Shown here: one piece after another, positions 28,863 to 39,027 of the stretch
Layout of the letters: the number at the start of each line of letters is the position of its first letter
Position numbering within the stretch: position 1 is the stretch's first letter
Source: Anaerolineales bacterium
GTDB taxonomy: Bacteria; Chloroflexota; Anaerolineae; Anaerolineales; E44-bin32
Direction of reading: 5' to 3'
DNA: 64,000 bases
Assembly: GCA_034430615.1 (NCBI GenBank)
Contig: DAOUEJ010000204.1
Location: 2,903-66,902, forward strand
Notes under the pieces: generated by a model
What the model was told of the DNA's origin: nothing
Database searches by the model: none
The model's input: the letters and a program-made list of their open reading frames with translations, nothing else
Program-made: the position numbers and the translations under genes

Positions 28863-29249
28863 ATGGGCGATCGGCTCCCGTTCCACTTAATAGAGCGCTA
28901 CCTGCAGTTCCACCCGCAAGCCCTTCAGGACCTGCTGCTCGAAGCACGCAACCTGGTATTCAAAGCCGCACCCCAGTCTTCCGAACACATCGCCTGGGGT
29001 GGATTCCTCTACCATGACGCGGACATCGGTGGACCGGTTAAAGGGGCCATCTGTGATCTATCCATTCAACGCGACCACCTGCACGTGGGCTTTATCCACG
29101 GTGCATTCCTGCCCGACCCGGCTCGCTTGCTCCACGGTGATCGAAAATCGAGGCGCAGCCTGACCCTGGACTCGCTCGAATCCACCCCTTGGCCAGCCTT
29201 GGAGACCCTGGTGGCCGCTGCAGCTGAGTATATCCAGCGCTGGCGCTGA
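28863..29249 (+). CDS. DUF1801 (YdhG-like) domain protein
   Basis: 128 aa with a pattern resembling the YdhG/DUF1801 family by eye. Confidence 0.5.
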   Translation: MGDRLPFHLIERYLQFHPQALQDLLLEARNLVFKAAPQSSEHIAWGGFLYHDADIGGPVKGAICDLSIQRDHLHVGFIHGAFLPDPARLLHGDRKSRRSLTLDSLESTPWPALETLVAAAAEYIQRWR

Positions 29250-29298
29250 CAATATCCGAGTTTCTCTATACAATGGAGTTAACCCACTCCAACGAGGA

Positions 29299-29886
29299 AT
29301 GATGGATATCTCACCCACGGCCGAAGTCCGGTTGCGCAAGATCTTCAAACGCCTCAACCAATTCATGCTCCTCCTATGGCGACTCGGACTGGCCAGTTAT
29401 GGCAACGGCAACAAATACGCCGGCTGGATCATGGTCATCAAGCATCGCGGCCGGAAGAGCGGGCTCATCCGTTATGCACCCGTGAATTACTTCGAGCAGG
29501 GCGAGTTCGTCTACTGCACGGCCGGGTTTGGCCCAAAGACGCATTGGTACCGCAACCTGCAGGTTGATCCGCAGGTTGAGCTCTGGCTGCCAAACGGCCG
29601 TTGGGCCGGCAGCGCCGAGGATATCAGCGATGACCCACACAGCGTGGACCTCCTGCGCCAGGTCTTGATCGCCTCCGGCTTCGCCGGCCCGTTGTTCGGC
29701 GCAAACCCGCGCCGCCTCAGCGACGGTGACATCAAGCGCATGTTTGAGACCTACCGGCTGGTCCGCATTCGTAAAGAACAAGCCGTAACCGGACCAGGTG
29801 GGCCGGGCGAACTGGTCTGGATCTGGCCGTTGTCGACGTTCCTCCTGGCCGGCCTGCTCCTACGCCGGCGCAAGGAGCGCACATGA
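29299..29886 (+). CDS. Deazaflavin(F420)-dependent nitroreductase-family protein (DUF385) with C-terminal TM anchor
   Basis: HRGRKSGLIRYAPVNY...GFGPKTHWYRNLQVDPQVELWLPNGRW matches the DUF385/Ddn-like signature region. Confidence 0.75.
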   Translation: MMDISPTAEVRLRKIFKRLNQFMLLLWRLGLASYGNGNKYAGWIMVIKHRGRKSGLIRYAPVNYFEQGEFVYCTAGFGPKTHWYRNLQVDPQVELWLPNGRWAGSAEDISDDPHSVDLLRQVLIASGFAGPLFGANPRRLSDGDIKRMFETYRLVRIRKEQAVTGPGGPGELVWIWPLSTFLLAGLLLRRRKERT

Positions 29887-30449
29887 CAAACGTGCTCGAT
29901 TGGCTGCGGGTCGGTGACCTGCGATCGGATGGCATGTCGAATGAAGTTGCAGCCTTCATCCTTGAGCACAATGAAATGTTTGACGACCTGTTGGCCGGGA
30001 TCGATGATCAAGACCCGGTCGTGCGCGCCCGGACGGCCGACGTACTGGAGAAAATCGGGCGACAGCGGCCCGACCTGATCCACCCGGCTCTTCCTGCGCT
30101 CACAGCAGCCGCGCGCCGGAAGGAAGCGGCGGTAAAGATGCATCTGGCAATGCTCTTCGGCCATCTCACGATCGATGAAGAACTGCGGGCTGACCTGTAT
30201 GCGCTCCTGCGACATATGCTGGAGGAACCCGGCGTCTTCACCCGCAGCTGGGCGATCGCCTCGCTCTGCATTCTTGCCCGGCAGGAACCGGCCTACCAGC
30301 CCGAGATCTTGAACCGAATCGGCCGCCTCGCCACGGATCCGAGCATCGCCATCCGCACCAGAGCCAGAAAAGCCATCTCCCTCCTGATCGACTCCTCGGC
30401 TCCCTTCCCCCCGGGTTGGGTGAAGAGCCACCACCTCAGTCAACTCTGA
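29883..30449 (+). CDS. HEAT/armadillo-repeat-like hypothetical protein
   Basis: 188 aa helical repeats (DPVVRARTADVLEKIG, DPSIAIRTRARKAISLL). ATGA overlap with the DUF385 gene. Confidence 0.4.
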   Translation: MTNVLDWLRVGDLRSDGMSNEVAAFILEHNEMFDDLLAGIDDQDPVVRARTADVLEKIGRQRPDLIHPALPALTAAARRKEAAVKMHLAMLFGHLTIDEELRADLYALLRHMLEEPGVFTRSWAIASLCILARQEPAYQPEILNRIGRLATDPSIAIRTRARKAISLLIDSSAPFPPGWVKSHHLSQL

Positions 30450-30744
30450 ACCAGAACAAAGAACAACTCCCCGGACATGCCGCCGCTGCCTGAAATCGGT
30501 TCAAATTCGAGTGACCTTGCCAGCAGGCTTCCGACCATCGCCGACCACCGGAAAAACCAGGGCATGCAAAGGCCCGGAGCATCCCAACACGGGATCTCAA
30601 ACCAACATCTTGGCTTGCAGGGTAGACTCTGGAATAACCATTCCACGTCAACAAGAATGCCGAGAAGCATGTATGATTGATGCGGATCCCAGCCTACATT
30701 GCGAGGTGCAGCCCGCCTAAAGATACCCATCCGGGAGAAGCAAC

Positions 30745-31863
30745 ATGAAGCCCTGCCGGCTATACAGATCGATCCTGGCTCTCACATTCGTCCTGCTCGC
30801 GGATTGCGCATCCCCGAGCTCGCAGCCGGATCCTGACCTGCTTTCGACCGCCGTTGCTGCAACTCTCCAGGCGATTTCTTCACCCACACCACTCGAGCCC
30901 AGGGCGACACCGGCACCACCGACCCCCGAGATCACGCTCTGGCTGGCCGATGGAGGCGGCGGGGACCGCATCTGGGTTCTGGGTGATGGCCAACCCCACC
31001 AGCGTTTGCTCCCTGTGAATGTCGGCGAATATTACGGCTATGCCCGATCGACGAACCGCATCCTGATGGCCACCCGGTGGGGCGTCTACGGGGCTGGACC
31101 CGGAAATGTATCCGTGAGCGACCTCTCGATCCTGGAATTTGGCACCGGCCAGATCACGACCCTGCTCACCGACAATGTGGTCGAGGCGGCCTGGGCACCC
31201 AATGGCCGGGAGCTGGCGTATATCCTGGCCACCCCGACAACCTATGAACTTCACTGGCGCTCTGATGATGGGACCGACCACATCCTAGCCAGCGACGTGA
31301 CTTTCACCTGGGGCATCTCACCCACAGGAGATAAAATCGCCTTCACACGCGAGAGCGGGTACGAGATCGACATCGACCCTGGTTTCTACGTGGTTGATGT
31401 CAGGACAGCTCAGGAGACCAAGCTTTCGGACGTGGACAAGTCCGGGACTGGCAGCATCGCCGACCGGCCATTCTGGAATTATGCCGGCGATGAGGTGATC
31501 CTTTCGCACTACAGCGGCCCGGGTGAGGCGCGCCTGGTGTGGGCTAAGGTCGATGGCAGCGAAACCCACGATCTCGGCCTGCAGTCCGGGAGCGGAGATC
31601 GCTGGGCGAACGTATCCATCCCCTATCTGCTTTGGGATCCGGATGGCGAACACTTGTACGCCGTCCAGGCGGCGTCGATCGGCGAAGGGGATATGGGTGG
31701 TCCCTCACCGCTCGTACGTTACCGCCTCGACCACACCAACTGGACATTGAGCGAAGGGGAAAAGATAAGCGAACTTTTGACTGTTATCGGCTGGGCCGTT
31801 CCCGGCTACTCGCTCTGGATCTGGGACGCCCAGGGTGATATCCAGGAGTTTGTGCTCCCATGA
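30745..31863 (+). CDS. Lipoprotein with TolB/PD40-like beta-propeller repeats
   Basis: Lipobox LLADCAS. Repeated xxAWAPNGRELAY / WGISPTGDKIAF / WNYAGDEVIL / LWDPDGEHLY motifs. Confidence 0.55.
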   Translation: MKPCRLYRSILALTFVLLADCASPSSQPDPDLLSTAVAATLQAISSPTPLEPRATPAPPTPEITLWLADGGGGDRIWVLGDGQPHQRLLPVNVGEYYGYARSTNRILMATRWGVYGAGPGNVSVSDLSILEFGTGQITTLLTDNVVEAAWAPNGRELAYILATPTTYELHWRSDDGTDHILASDVTFTWGISPTGDKIAFTRESGYEIDIDPGFYVVDVRTAQETKLSDVDKSGTGSIADRPFWNYAGDEVILSHYSGPGEARLVWAKVDGSETHDLGLQSGSGDRWANVSIPYLLWDPDGEHLYAVQAASIGEGDMGGPSPLVRYRLDHTNWTLSEGEKISELLTVIGWAVPGYSLWIWDAQGDIQEFVLP

Positions 31864-31878
31864 CGCTCGATCTGCATT

Positions 31879-32328
31879 TTGCATGCTGTGCATTTCCACC
31901 GCACATTGCCAGAGCATGGAGAAGAAGTGGCCGGGATCATGCCCGAAAAGGAAGATGACATGCTTGATACGCAGTATAAGGCAGTGTTCAGGAAATGGAT
32001 TTTTCAATCCACACTGGGTCTTATCGCCTACGCCGCCATCCAACGTTGCGGCGGGCGGCTTTACCCCTGGGGCTGGCTGCAGTTGCTGCGCGAACTGCGC
32101 CGGACAAGCTGGGTGAACGTCAACGGGGCGGGCATGATCGAAGGCTACCGCGGCCTGGGGGGGACAGCGATCCTCTTCAGCGAAATGTATAAAAGCGTGC
32201 GGGAAGGTGGGTTCGAACACGCCGACCTTGTTCAAATCGGCGTCGAGAATTCCAACATGCAGCTCGAGCTGCGCGGCCTCGGGATCGAGTTCCACAAGAC
32301 TCACCGTATTTATCAGCGGGATTTGTAG
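31879..32328 (+). pseudogene. Probable C-terminal remnant of a larger GNAT-family acetyltransferase
   Basis: Only the distal part is present (VNVNGAGMIEGYRGLGGTAILFSEMYKSVREGGFEHADLVQIGVENSNMQLELRGLG...HRIYQRDL). The space where the N-terminal two-thirds would lie is occupied by 30745..31863. Confidence 0.35.
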
Positions 32329-32377
32329 CGTGTTGCCTCATAGAACATAACGGGCAGCCTTCGCTGCCAGCAAGGAA

Positions 32378-33331
32378 GTGAATCTCTTGCCACCGATCCA
32401 ACACAGCGACGAAAAACGAGCACAGCTTGGAATCATCGAGCTCGCCTATGATACGTTCGGGAGCCCGGACCTCCCCCCACTCGTGCTGATTAGCGGTCTC
32501 GGCAACCAGCTCATCAGCTGGCGCGAGGAATTCTGCCACCAGTTAGCCCTGGAGGGATTCTTCGTCATCCGCTTTGATAACCGCGACGCCGGATTATCCA
32601 CCCGCTTCGACCAGGCACCGACCCCCGGCGTGTTCTCGATCGGCTCAGCCGCCGTCTGGGGTACCCCCCTGCACACAGCCTACGATCTTTCCGATATGGC
32701 CGCCGATGTACTTGGATTGCTTGGTCATCTCGGGTTGGAGTCAACCCATATCCTGGGCGCTTCCTTGGGCGGCATGATCGCCCAGGCACTGGCAATCGAA
32801 CACCCGGCACGCGTGCGCTCGTTGACACTGATGCTCACTACCCCACTGGGAAGTCGCCATCCCCTCCCCCACCCACGCTCGCTGGTCCTCTTCAGCCCTC
32901 CCGCGGTCGGGCTAGAAGCACAGGTTGAGCGCTACCTGCGGGTCAAGCGCGCGCTGCGCGGCACGCGCTATGCGTTGGATGAGGCTGATCTCCGGGCACA
33001 GGCCAAACGGCTAGCTGAGCGTTCTCCCCGTCCAGCCAGCACCCGGCGGCAGCTGGCAGCCATTGCTGCTTATGGCAACAAGACCCGGGCCTTGCGGGAG
33101 CTGGATATCCCAACGCTGGTGATCCACGGTACTCAGGACCCACTTATTCCACCTGGCCATGCCCGCCGGCTTTCTGATTTGATCCCAGGAGCGAAATTGG
33201 TCCTGGTGGAGGGGCTGGGGCATGAATTCCCGCCTGGTGTCTGGCCGGAAATCTTGCCGGCGGTCACGTCTCATCTCAAGCATGCTGAGGATAGATTTGC
33301 TCTGGTACGACCCGGGACTGGCGGTACGTAG
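32378..33331 (+). CDS. Alpha/beta-fold hydrolase
   Basis: HGxxxx oxyanion region (LVLISGLG), nucleophile elbow GASLGG, C-terminal GLGHEFP His motif. Confidence 0.85.
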   Translation: MNLLPPIQHSDEKRAQLGIIELAYDTFGSPDLPPLVLISGLGNQLISWREEFCHQLALEGFFVIRFDNRDAGLSTRFDQAPTPGVFSIGSAAVWGTPLHTAYDLSDMAADVLGLLGHLGLESTHILGASLGGMIAQALAIEHPARVRSLTLMLTTPLGSRHPLPHPRSLVLFSPPAVGLEAQVERYLRVKRALRGTRYALDEADLRAQAKRLAERSPRPASTRRQLAAIAAYGNKTRALRELDIPTLVIHGTQDPLIPPGHARRLSDLIPGAKLVLVEGLGHEFPPGVWPEILPAVTSHLKHAEDRFALVRPGTGGT

Positions 33332-33647
33332 GTTGTGCTAGAGCTTCTAACCCGTATTGCAGGACCTTGCTGACTGATTTACCCAGCCCGGCGTGACTTC
33401 TCAATACTGGATCAAGATTGGCGCAGAAACTTCATTCCGAATGGTCGATTACCGCACACCCTGTGATCTAATTTTAGGAAAAACACTAACCCGCGGATTG
33501 CGCTGAACGCGGCCGGGAGGACACCCGGCCGGATTCAAGGATTCACCAGCGTTAAGTTCGATTTCCTGACCCAATAGATTCCTTGCGTTTGAAATTCCTC
33601 GATGAATATCCTCCATTATGCGAGCCTTCGGCGTATGATGTCTGGTT

Positions 33648-36128
33648 ATGCAAACCTCAACCCTTGACCCGACACCACATGCTAACAATGCGGCCAGTGG
33701 GACGAACCCGATGTCACCGCAGGAGCAAGATCGCCGACGTGCACTTGGCATCCCTCCGGATGCTGAGCGTGTGCTGATCTTCGCCGAATCAAGCCATTGG
33801 GACCCCGACTGGCTCTACACCTCCGAACAGTATTACACACACTTTGTGCAGGGAAACCTCGATCAAGCGCTGGATGAATTGCGGCGCGAAGCGCGGCGTG
33901 TGTACTCCATCGAATGTATGTTTTTCCTACGCATGTACTGGGAACGACGGCCGGAGCGACGGGAGGTGGTGCGGCAGCTGGTGAACGAGGGCCGTCTTCG
34001 GCTGACCAGTTCTGGCGTCACAACTGCGGATACGCTCATTCCATCCCCGGAAGCGATCCTGCGAGATTTCCTGCTGGGGCAGGAGTGGCTGCGGAAACAG
34101 GGCATGAACCAGGAACCTGATCTAGCCTATTTCTCGGACAGCTTCGGCAGCTCACCAGCGCTGCCCTCCCTGTTGCGAGCGGCTGGCTTCTCTCAAACCG
34201 CGATTACGCGCATCGACGGGATGTACTTCATCGGTCTGGAATGGAACAACCCCCGCCGTTACCCCCGCCCGGGATCCAGCGCTGAGCTGCTCTTGAAAAA
34301 AGAGCGCACACTGGATTTCATCTGGCGCGACCGGGCTGGGGCTGAGGTGCTGGCCCACTGGAATGCCTTCACCTACGGACAGGGTGACTTGCTTGCTCAC
34401 CGTGGGCTGAGCCGCATTTACCTGTTCCCGTTCGCAGTACCCACCCGCTCCGATCGGCATATTGCCCACCGCATAAACAGCTTTGCAAAGAAGCTTTCGC
34501 CCTATAGCCGGACGCCTTACCTATTCTGCCCGATCGGTTTTGACTTCGTCCCCCCGATCCCGGGCCTGGTCGAGCTGCTCGACCGTTATAACCGCAACAA
34601 GTATCCGCATACGGGTATCTGGGCCGTAAACGCGGGGCTGGATGACTACCTCAATCTGGTTGCCTGTCATTGCCACGCTCTACCCACGCTCGAACTCGAC
34701 CCCAATCCCTACTGGACCGGCTTCTACACCGCCCGTCCGGCGCTCAAAGCTCGTGCCCACGAGCTCGTCGAAAAGCTTACATTAGCCGAATCGCTGGCGC
34801 TGCGGCCGGAAAATGAGAAGGCTGCGCTGGTCCTGAGGGATGTGCTGCAGGAGGCCTGGTGGACTGTTGCTGTCTCAAATCACCATGATTTCATCACCGG
34901 TACCTCGCCCGACCGCGTGGTCTACCAGGAACAAATTCCATGGCTTATTCAAGCGGAGGAGGGTGTATCACGTGCGATCACACAGCTGGCATCTGACTTC
35001 GTACCCGCTCCGATTGTTAACCGCAAGCGAGCGCAGCCCACATGGTCGCGACAAGGGAGCAGGATCGAGATACGTACAGCACACTGGGTGCTCGAGCTCA
35101 ACGAAGCCGCCGGTGGAGCAATCGTCCGGGCCGAGGATGCACAGACCGGCGAAGCTCTGCTGTCCGGGCCGGGAAACCATCTCATTCGCTATCGAGTGTC
35201 CGGCGGCCTGTGGCGCATGGGTTATGAATTTCCAGGCGGCAGGTGGAAGGAAGCCGGTCGCAGCAGCGAGAGCCATGCGGTGTTGGCCGTCCACGAGCAG
35301 GAGCACCGCCTAAAGATTAGTTGGGTCAACGGTTTTGACGGCGAGATCTTCGAACGCGATATGTGGCTTTATGATGACGATCCACGCCTTTACTTTCGCA
35401 TCATAGGCCGCGCCGGCCGGCGCCGGACGATGACGGTGCGTTTCGAATGGGGGCAGGATGCCGATGGGTTGCTGATGGACCAACCGGGAGGGATCATCAT
35501 GCGGCCTCGCGAGAAAGTGTATACGCCCACCTTCTGGCCCTTCCAGCATTTCGTCCACGTACGTGATAGAACCAGCGGTCGAGGGTTGGCGCTCTATCAG
35601 CGCTGGCCGGGTGCTGTTTCTTTAACATCAAGCGGATGGCTCAGCGTCATCGCGCTGCGTAATGCTGCCATCGAGCGCGCCTATGGCCTGATTCCCCTTT
35701 CGGGCAACCCGGCCCGGGGTTATGAGAAGGAAGCCTATACTTTCGACTATGCGCTCGAATTCACCCGTCAGGGTGACTGGCAGGAAAACAGCCTGGCGGA
35801 TAAAGCCTACCGGAGATTCCACACCCCCGATCCGGACAGCCGCTTCGAAGCCCTGCAGCAGCAGATGCGCTCGGCAGTCTTTCTTGATCGGCCAGATGTC
35901 TTCCTGCTGGCCGACAAGGCGGCCGACCGAGGGTCCGGTCGTATCGTGCGCATCTACACCTTCTCCGCGGTTGGCGAAACGATCCATTTGAGCCTCGATG
36001 GGCAGAAAATACGCCAGGCGTTCCTTTGCGATGCGCGCGAACGGGACCTCGCCACACTCGACCTCGACAACGGCCAGCTACACTTCACCATGCCCGGATC
36101 GCTGGCCAGCTTGAGACTGCTCACCTAG
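33648..36128 (+). CDS. Glycoside hydrolase family 38-like (alpha-mannosidase-like)
   Basis: 826 aa. N-terminal ESSHWDPDWL (GH38 HxD metal motif region) and YFSDSFGSSPALPSLLRAAG (nucleophile DxFG region). Confidence 0.7.
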   Translation: MQTSTLDPTPHANNAASGTNPMSPQEQDRRRALGIPPDAERVLIFAESSHWDPDWLYTSEQYYTHFVQGNLDQALDELRREARRVYSIECMFFLRMYWERRPERREVVRQLVNEGRLRLTSSGVTTADTLIPSPEAILRDFLLGQEWLRKQGMNQEPDLAYFSDSFGSSPALPSLLRAAGFSQTAITRIDGMYFIGLEWNNPRRYPRPGSSAELLLKKERTLDFIWRDRAGAEVLAHWNAFTYGQGDLLAHRGLSRIYLFPFAVPTRSDRHIAHRINSFAKKLSPYSRTPYLFCPIGFDFVPPIPGLVELLDRYNRNKYPHTGIWAVNAGLDDYLNLVACHCHALPTLELDPNPYWTGFYTARPALKARAHELVEKLTLAESLALRPENEKAALVLRDVLQEAWWTVAVSNHHDFITGTSPDRVVYQEQIPWLIQAEEGVSRAITQLASDFVPAPIVNRKRAQPTWSRQGSRIEIRTAHWVLELNEAAGGAIVRAEDAQTGEALLSGPGNHLIRYRVSGGLWRMGYEFPGGRWKEAGRSSESHAVLAVHEQEHRLKISWVNGFDGEIFERDMWLYDDDPRLYFRIIGRAGRRRTMTVRFEWGQDADGLLMDQPGGIIMRPREKVYTPTFWPFQHFVHVRDRTSGRGLALYQRWPGAVSLTSSGWLSVIALRNAAIERAYGLIPLSGNPARGYEKEAYTFDYALEFTRQGDWQENSLADKAYRRFHTPDPDSRFEALQQQMRSAVFLDRPDVFLLADKAADRGSGRIVRIYTFSAVGETIHLSLDGQKIRQAFLCDARERDLATLDLDNGQLHFTMPGSLASLRLLT

Positions 36129-36272
36129 GCTGGCAACCGGTGCAATGCCTTTAAGTTTCTCTAAAGGAGACGTTAATGGTAACCCGCCGTGGATCGGTTA
36201 CGATTATGAAGTTTAATACCAGGCAGCAAAGACACCAGCAGAAAACCAACGCCCGCAGTGAGACCGTGAGCT

Positions 36273-37307
36273 ATGTATAAAAGAATTGCGCCGTACCTGA
36301 TCGCCATCGTTCTTCTAGCGGGGCTGATCTTCATCGCCCTTGACCTTGGCCAGATCCGAACAGTCCTGGCTACTGCCAGCGCCAGGCCCATCCCCTTCGC
36401 TCTGGCTGCCACCCTGGTTTCCTACCTCTGCATCAGCTTCAGCTTCGCCCAGGTCGGCAAGTTGCTGGGAGTCAATATGAAAACACGCGACCTGACGCAG
36501 GTTGGGTTCGTGTCGACCGTGCTCAATCATGTTGTCTCCAGCGGTGGAGCGGCAGGATACTCCGTTCGCTACTCGCTCATGAACCGCCACGGGGTGAGCA
36601 TGCGTGAGGTGCTGGCTGTCTCGTTTCTGCACTTCTATCTCACCGCGCCAGCAATGATCGGCATGCTGCCGGTCGGGCTGCTCTACCTGAGCCGGCATGC
36701 CGCACTCAAATCCGGCACGGCCGCCCTGCTGGCGGCATTGGCCGGGGTGGTATTCCTGGCCGCAGTGCTGGCAACCATGATGCTTTTCTCAACCCGGCTG
36801 CGCCAGGGCTTGATAACAACCCTGATCAGGTTCATCCGCAGGCTAGCCAAACGAGATGTTGCCCCATCCCTCCTGCGCTTCGACGAAACGCTAACCCAGG
36901 GAGTGCAGGCCATGCGTCGTCAGCCGGCAATGATGATCGTGATCCAGTTCTTGGTGCTGACCGATTGGATTGCCAGCGTAGTGGCGCTCTGGTTCTGCTT
37001 CCAATCTCTCGGCGTAACGTTGCTGCCCGGGCAGGTGATCACGGGTTTCGTGATTGGCATTGTGGCTGGCGTCGCCTCGATGATCCCGGGCGGACTGGGC
37101 GTGCAGGAAGGTTCGATGGCGGGCATCTTCGCTCTACTTGGGGTTGGGATCGATCGCGCTGTGCTGGCTTCGATCCTCTTCCGAGTGCTCTACTTTTTCG
37201 TGCCCTACCTTGTAAGCTTGCTGTTCTACTGGGGGCTGCTGCGCCAAGCTGTTGCTCCCGAGTACGGGAGTTCATGGGAAGTGGAAAATGCACATCCTGA
37301 TGCTTAG
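36273..37307 (+). CDS. UPF0104 / lysylphosphatidylglycerol-synthase-TM-type flippase-like membrane protein
   Basis: 344 aa, about 8 TMs, GGLGVQEGSM motif typical of this family. Confidence 0.65.
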   Translation: MYKRIAPYLIAIVLLAGLIFIALDLGQIRTVLATASARPIPFALAATLVSYLCISFSFAQVGKLLGVNMKTRDLTQVGFVSTVLNHVVSSGGAAGYSVRYSLMNRHGVSMREVLAVSFLHFYLTAPAMIGMLPVGLLYLSRHAALKSGTAALLAALAGVVFLAAVLATMMLFSTRLRQGLITTLIRFIRRLAKRDVAPSLLRFDETLTQGVQAMRRQPAMMIVIQFLVLTDWIASVVALWFCFQSLGVTLLPGQVITGFVIGIVAGVASMIPGGLGVQEGSMAGIFALLGVGIDRAVLASILFRVLYFFVPYLVSLLFYWGLLRQAVAPEYGSSWEVENAHPDA

Positions 37308-38487
37308 CCATGGGTATCCGCCCACCATCAGCGGTGTAACGCTCGTGGTCCAAAAGATCGCGCGTGCGATGGCCGGTCGGGGACACCAGGTAACGGTCGT
37401 TACTGCCAGTGACCATGGCGCACCCTACCACGACGATGATCAGGGCGTTCATCTGTGGCGCGTTCGCTCTGCACCAAATCCTTTCTGGTCGGAAGGCCGG
37501 CTGCCGCTGCTGACCCACGAACGGTTGATCGAAATTGTCAACGAGGTCAAACCGGATGTAATCAACACCCACGATAGCGCGCTCTTAAGCTGGCAGCTCT
37601 ATCGTTATAAACGGAACAAAATCCATGTCCCTGAGATTTTAACCTGCCACTTTCTGCCGCGCTTCGTCACCTACTACCTGCACGCTGGCGAATCGATAGA
37701 AGATATGGTCGAGGACATCACTTGGGACGCTACGCTGCACCTGATGCACAGCTTCGATCATGTCATCTTTCCCAGCGGCACCCAGCGCACGGTATTCATA
37801 GAAGAAGGCCTGGATGTTCCCTCGAGCGTGATCTCGAATGGGCTTGATACTGGACGCTACACTCCCGATGGCGAGGATATCGACCTGGAGGGGAAGTACG
37901 ACCTGCCACACGGGCCGCGCATCCTCTCCGTCGGACGCTTGGCTCTGGATAAGAAGATCGATGTCCTTATCCGCGCTATGGCAGCATTCGATCAGGCGCA
38001 CCTTCTGATCGTGGGTCGCGGCGACGATCGCCATGAGCTGGAAAAGATCGCGGACGAACTGGGCGTGACTGAGCGGGTGCATTTCCTGGGATTTGTTCCG
38101 GAAGATGACATGCCAGGGATCTACCGGGCCTGCGATGTCTTTGCCATCGCCTCGGATGTCGAAGTCCAAAGCATCCCCACTCTTCAAGCAGCGGCGACGG
38201 GCCTACCGATCGTTGCTGCCAATGCCGCGGCACTGCCCGAATTGGTGCAGGATGGCCACAACGGCTATCTCGTGCCCGTCGGCGATGCGGCTGCATTTGC
38301 AGCCGGACTGGGGCGGATCATCGAAAGTCCGGCGCTGGCCGATGCGTTCAGAGCGGCCAGCCTTCAGATCGGCCGCCAGCATGCAGAAGAACTCACCTTT
38401 CAGGCGTATGAAGCATGCTTTGAGCTGATCACCAATGAAACTAGCGACAGGTTAAAAAATCCCCTTGCATCAAGAAAGTTCAGTTAA
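37288..38487 (+). CDS. GT4-family (GT-B fold) glycosyltransferase
   Basis: Start moved to MHILMLSHGYPP (ATG 37288, 20-nt overlap with the upstream gene). E-x7-E region EVQSIPTLQAAATGLPIVA. Confidence 0.85.
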   Translation: MHILMLSHGYPPTISGVTLVVQKIARAMAGRGHQVTVVTASDHGAPYHDDDQGVHLWRVRSAPNPFWSEGRLPLLTHERLIEIVNEVKPDVINTHDSALLSWQLYRYKRNKIHVPEILTCHFLPRFVTYYLHAGESIEDMVEDITWDATLHLMHSFDHVIFPSGTQRTVFIEEGLDVPSSVISNGLDTGRYTPDGEDIDLEGKYDLPHGPRILSVGRLALDKKIDVLIRAMAAFDQAHLLIVGRGDDRHELEKIADELGVTERVHFLGFVPEDDMPGIYRACDVFAIASDVEVQSIPTLQAAATGLPIVAANAAALPELVQDGHNGYLVPVGDAAAFAAGLGRIIESPALADAFRAASLQIGRQHAEELTFQAYEACFELITNETSDRLKNPLASRKFS

Positions 38488-38661
38488 TTGCGATATATCC
38501 TCTGGATAAATTAGGCGCTGTATTTCCCGATCCCCGCGTACGCCCTGACTATAATGTGGTCTCACTGCATGCATTCAGCCCTATGCGGATCGAATCGCTC
38601 AACCAGTCTTGTTGCGCTATCATGTTAGAAAACAGATCGACCTGGTTCAAACAAAGGAGGC

Positions 38662-38880
38662 ATGATGACAGAGAGTGTGTATAAAGTGATCGAGCTGGTC
38701 GGAACTAGCGAAAAGTCGTGGGAGGATGCTGCCAGGGCGGCGGTCGATCTAGCCGGTAAGCAGCTGCGCGACCTGCGCATCGCCGAAGTGGTTGACCTCG
38801 ACATGACGCTCGAGGATGGCAAGGTCCTCGCCTACCGGGCTAAGGTCAAGGTCTCCTTCAAGTACCACGGCGGCGACTGA
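38662..38880 (+). CDS. Dodecin-family flavin-binding protein
   Basis: 72 aa. VYKVIELVGTSEKSWEDAARAAV...AYRAKVKVSFK is a near-textbook dodecin sequence. aaaggagg RBS. Confidence 0.85.
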   Translation: MMTESVYKVIELVGTSEKSWEDAARAAVDLAGKQLRDLRIAEVVDLDMTLEDGKVLAYRAKVKVSFKYHGGD

Positions 38881-38910
38881 AGCTACAAGCTCACCAACCT
38901 AGCCCGACGT

Positions 38911-38943
38911 AGCCCGCCCGGTTAGCCGGGCGGGCTCGTTTTG
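38911..38943 (+). terminator. Intrinsic terminator after the dodecin gene
   Basis: 11-bp stem agcccgcccgg / ccgggcgggct, loop ttag, followed by cgTTTTgg. Confidence 0.8.
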
Positions 38944-39027
38944 GTTACCTTGTCTTCGACGCACCTGAGATAGTTAATAATATACTGGTTATTTATAGAC
39001 ATGATCAGCCGCTAAAGTGATCCGAGA

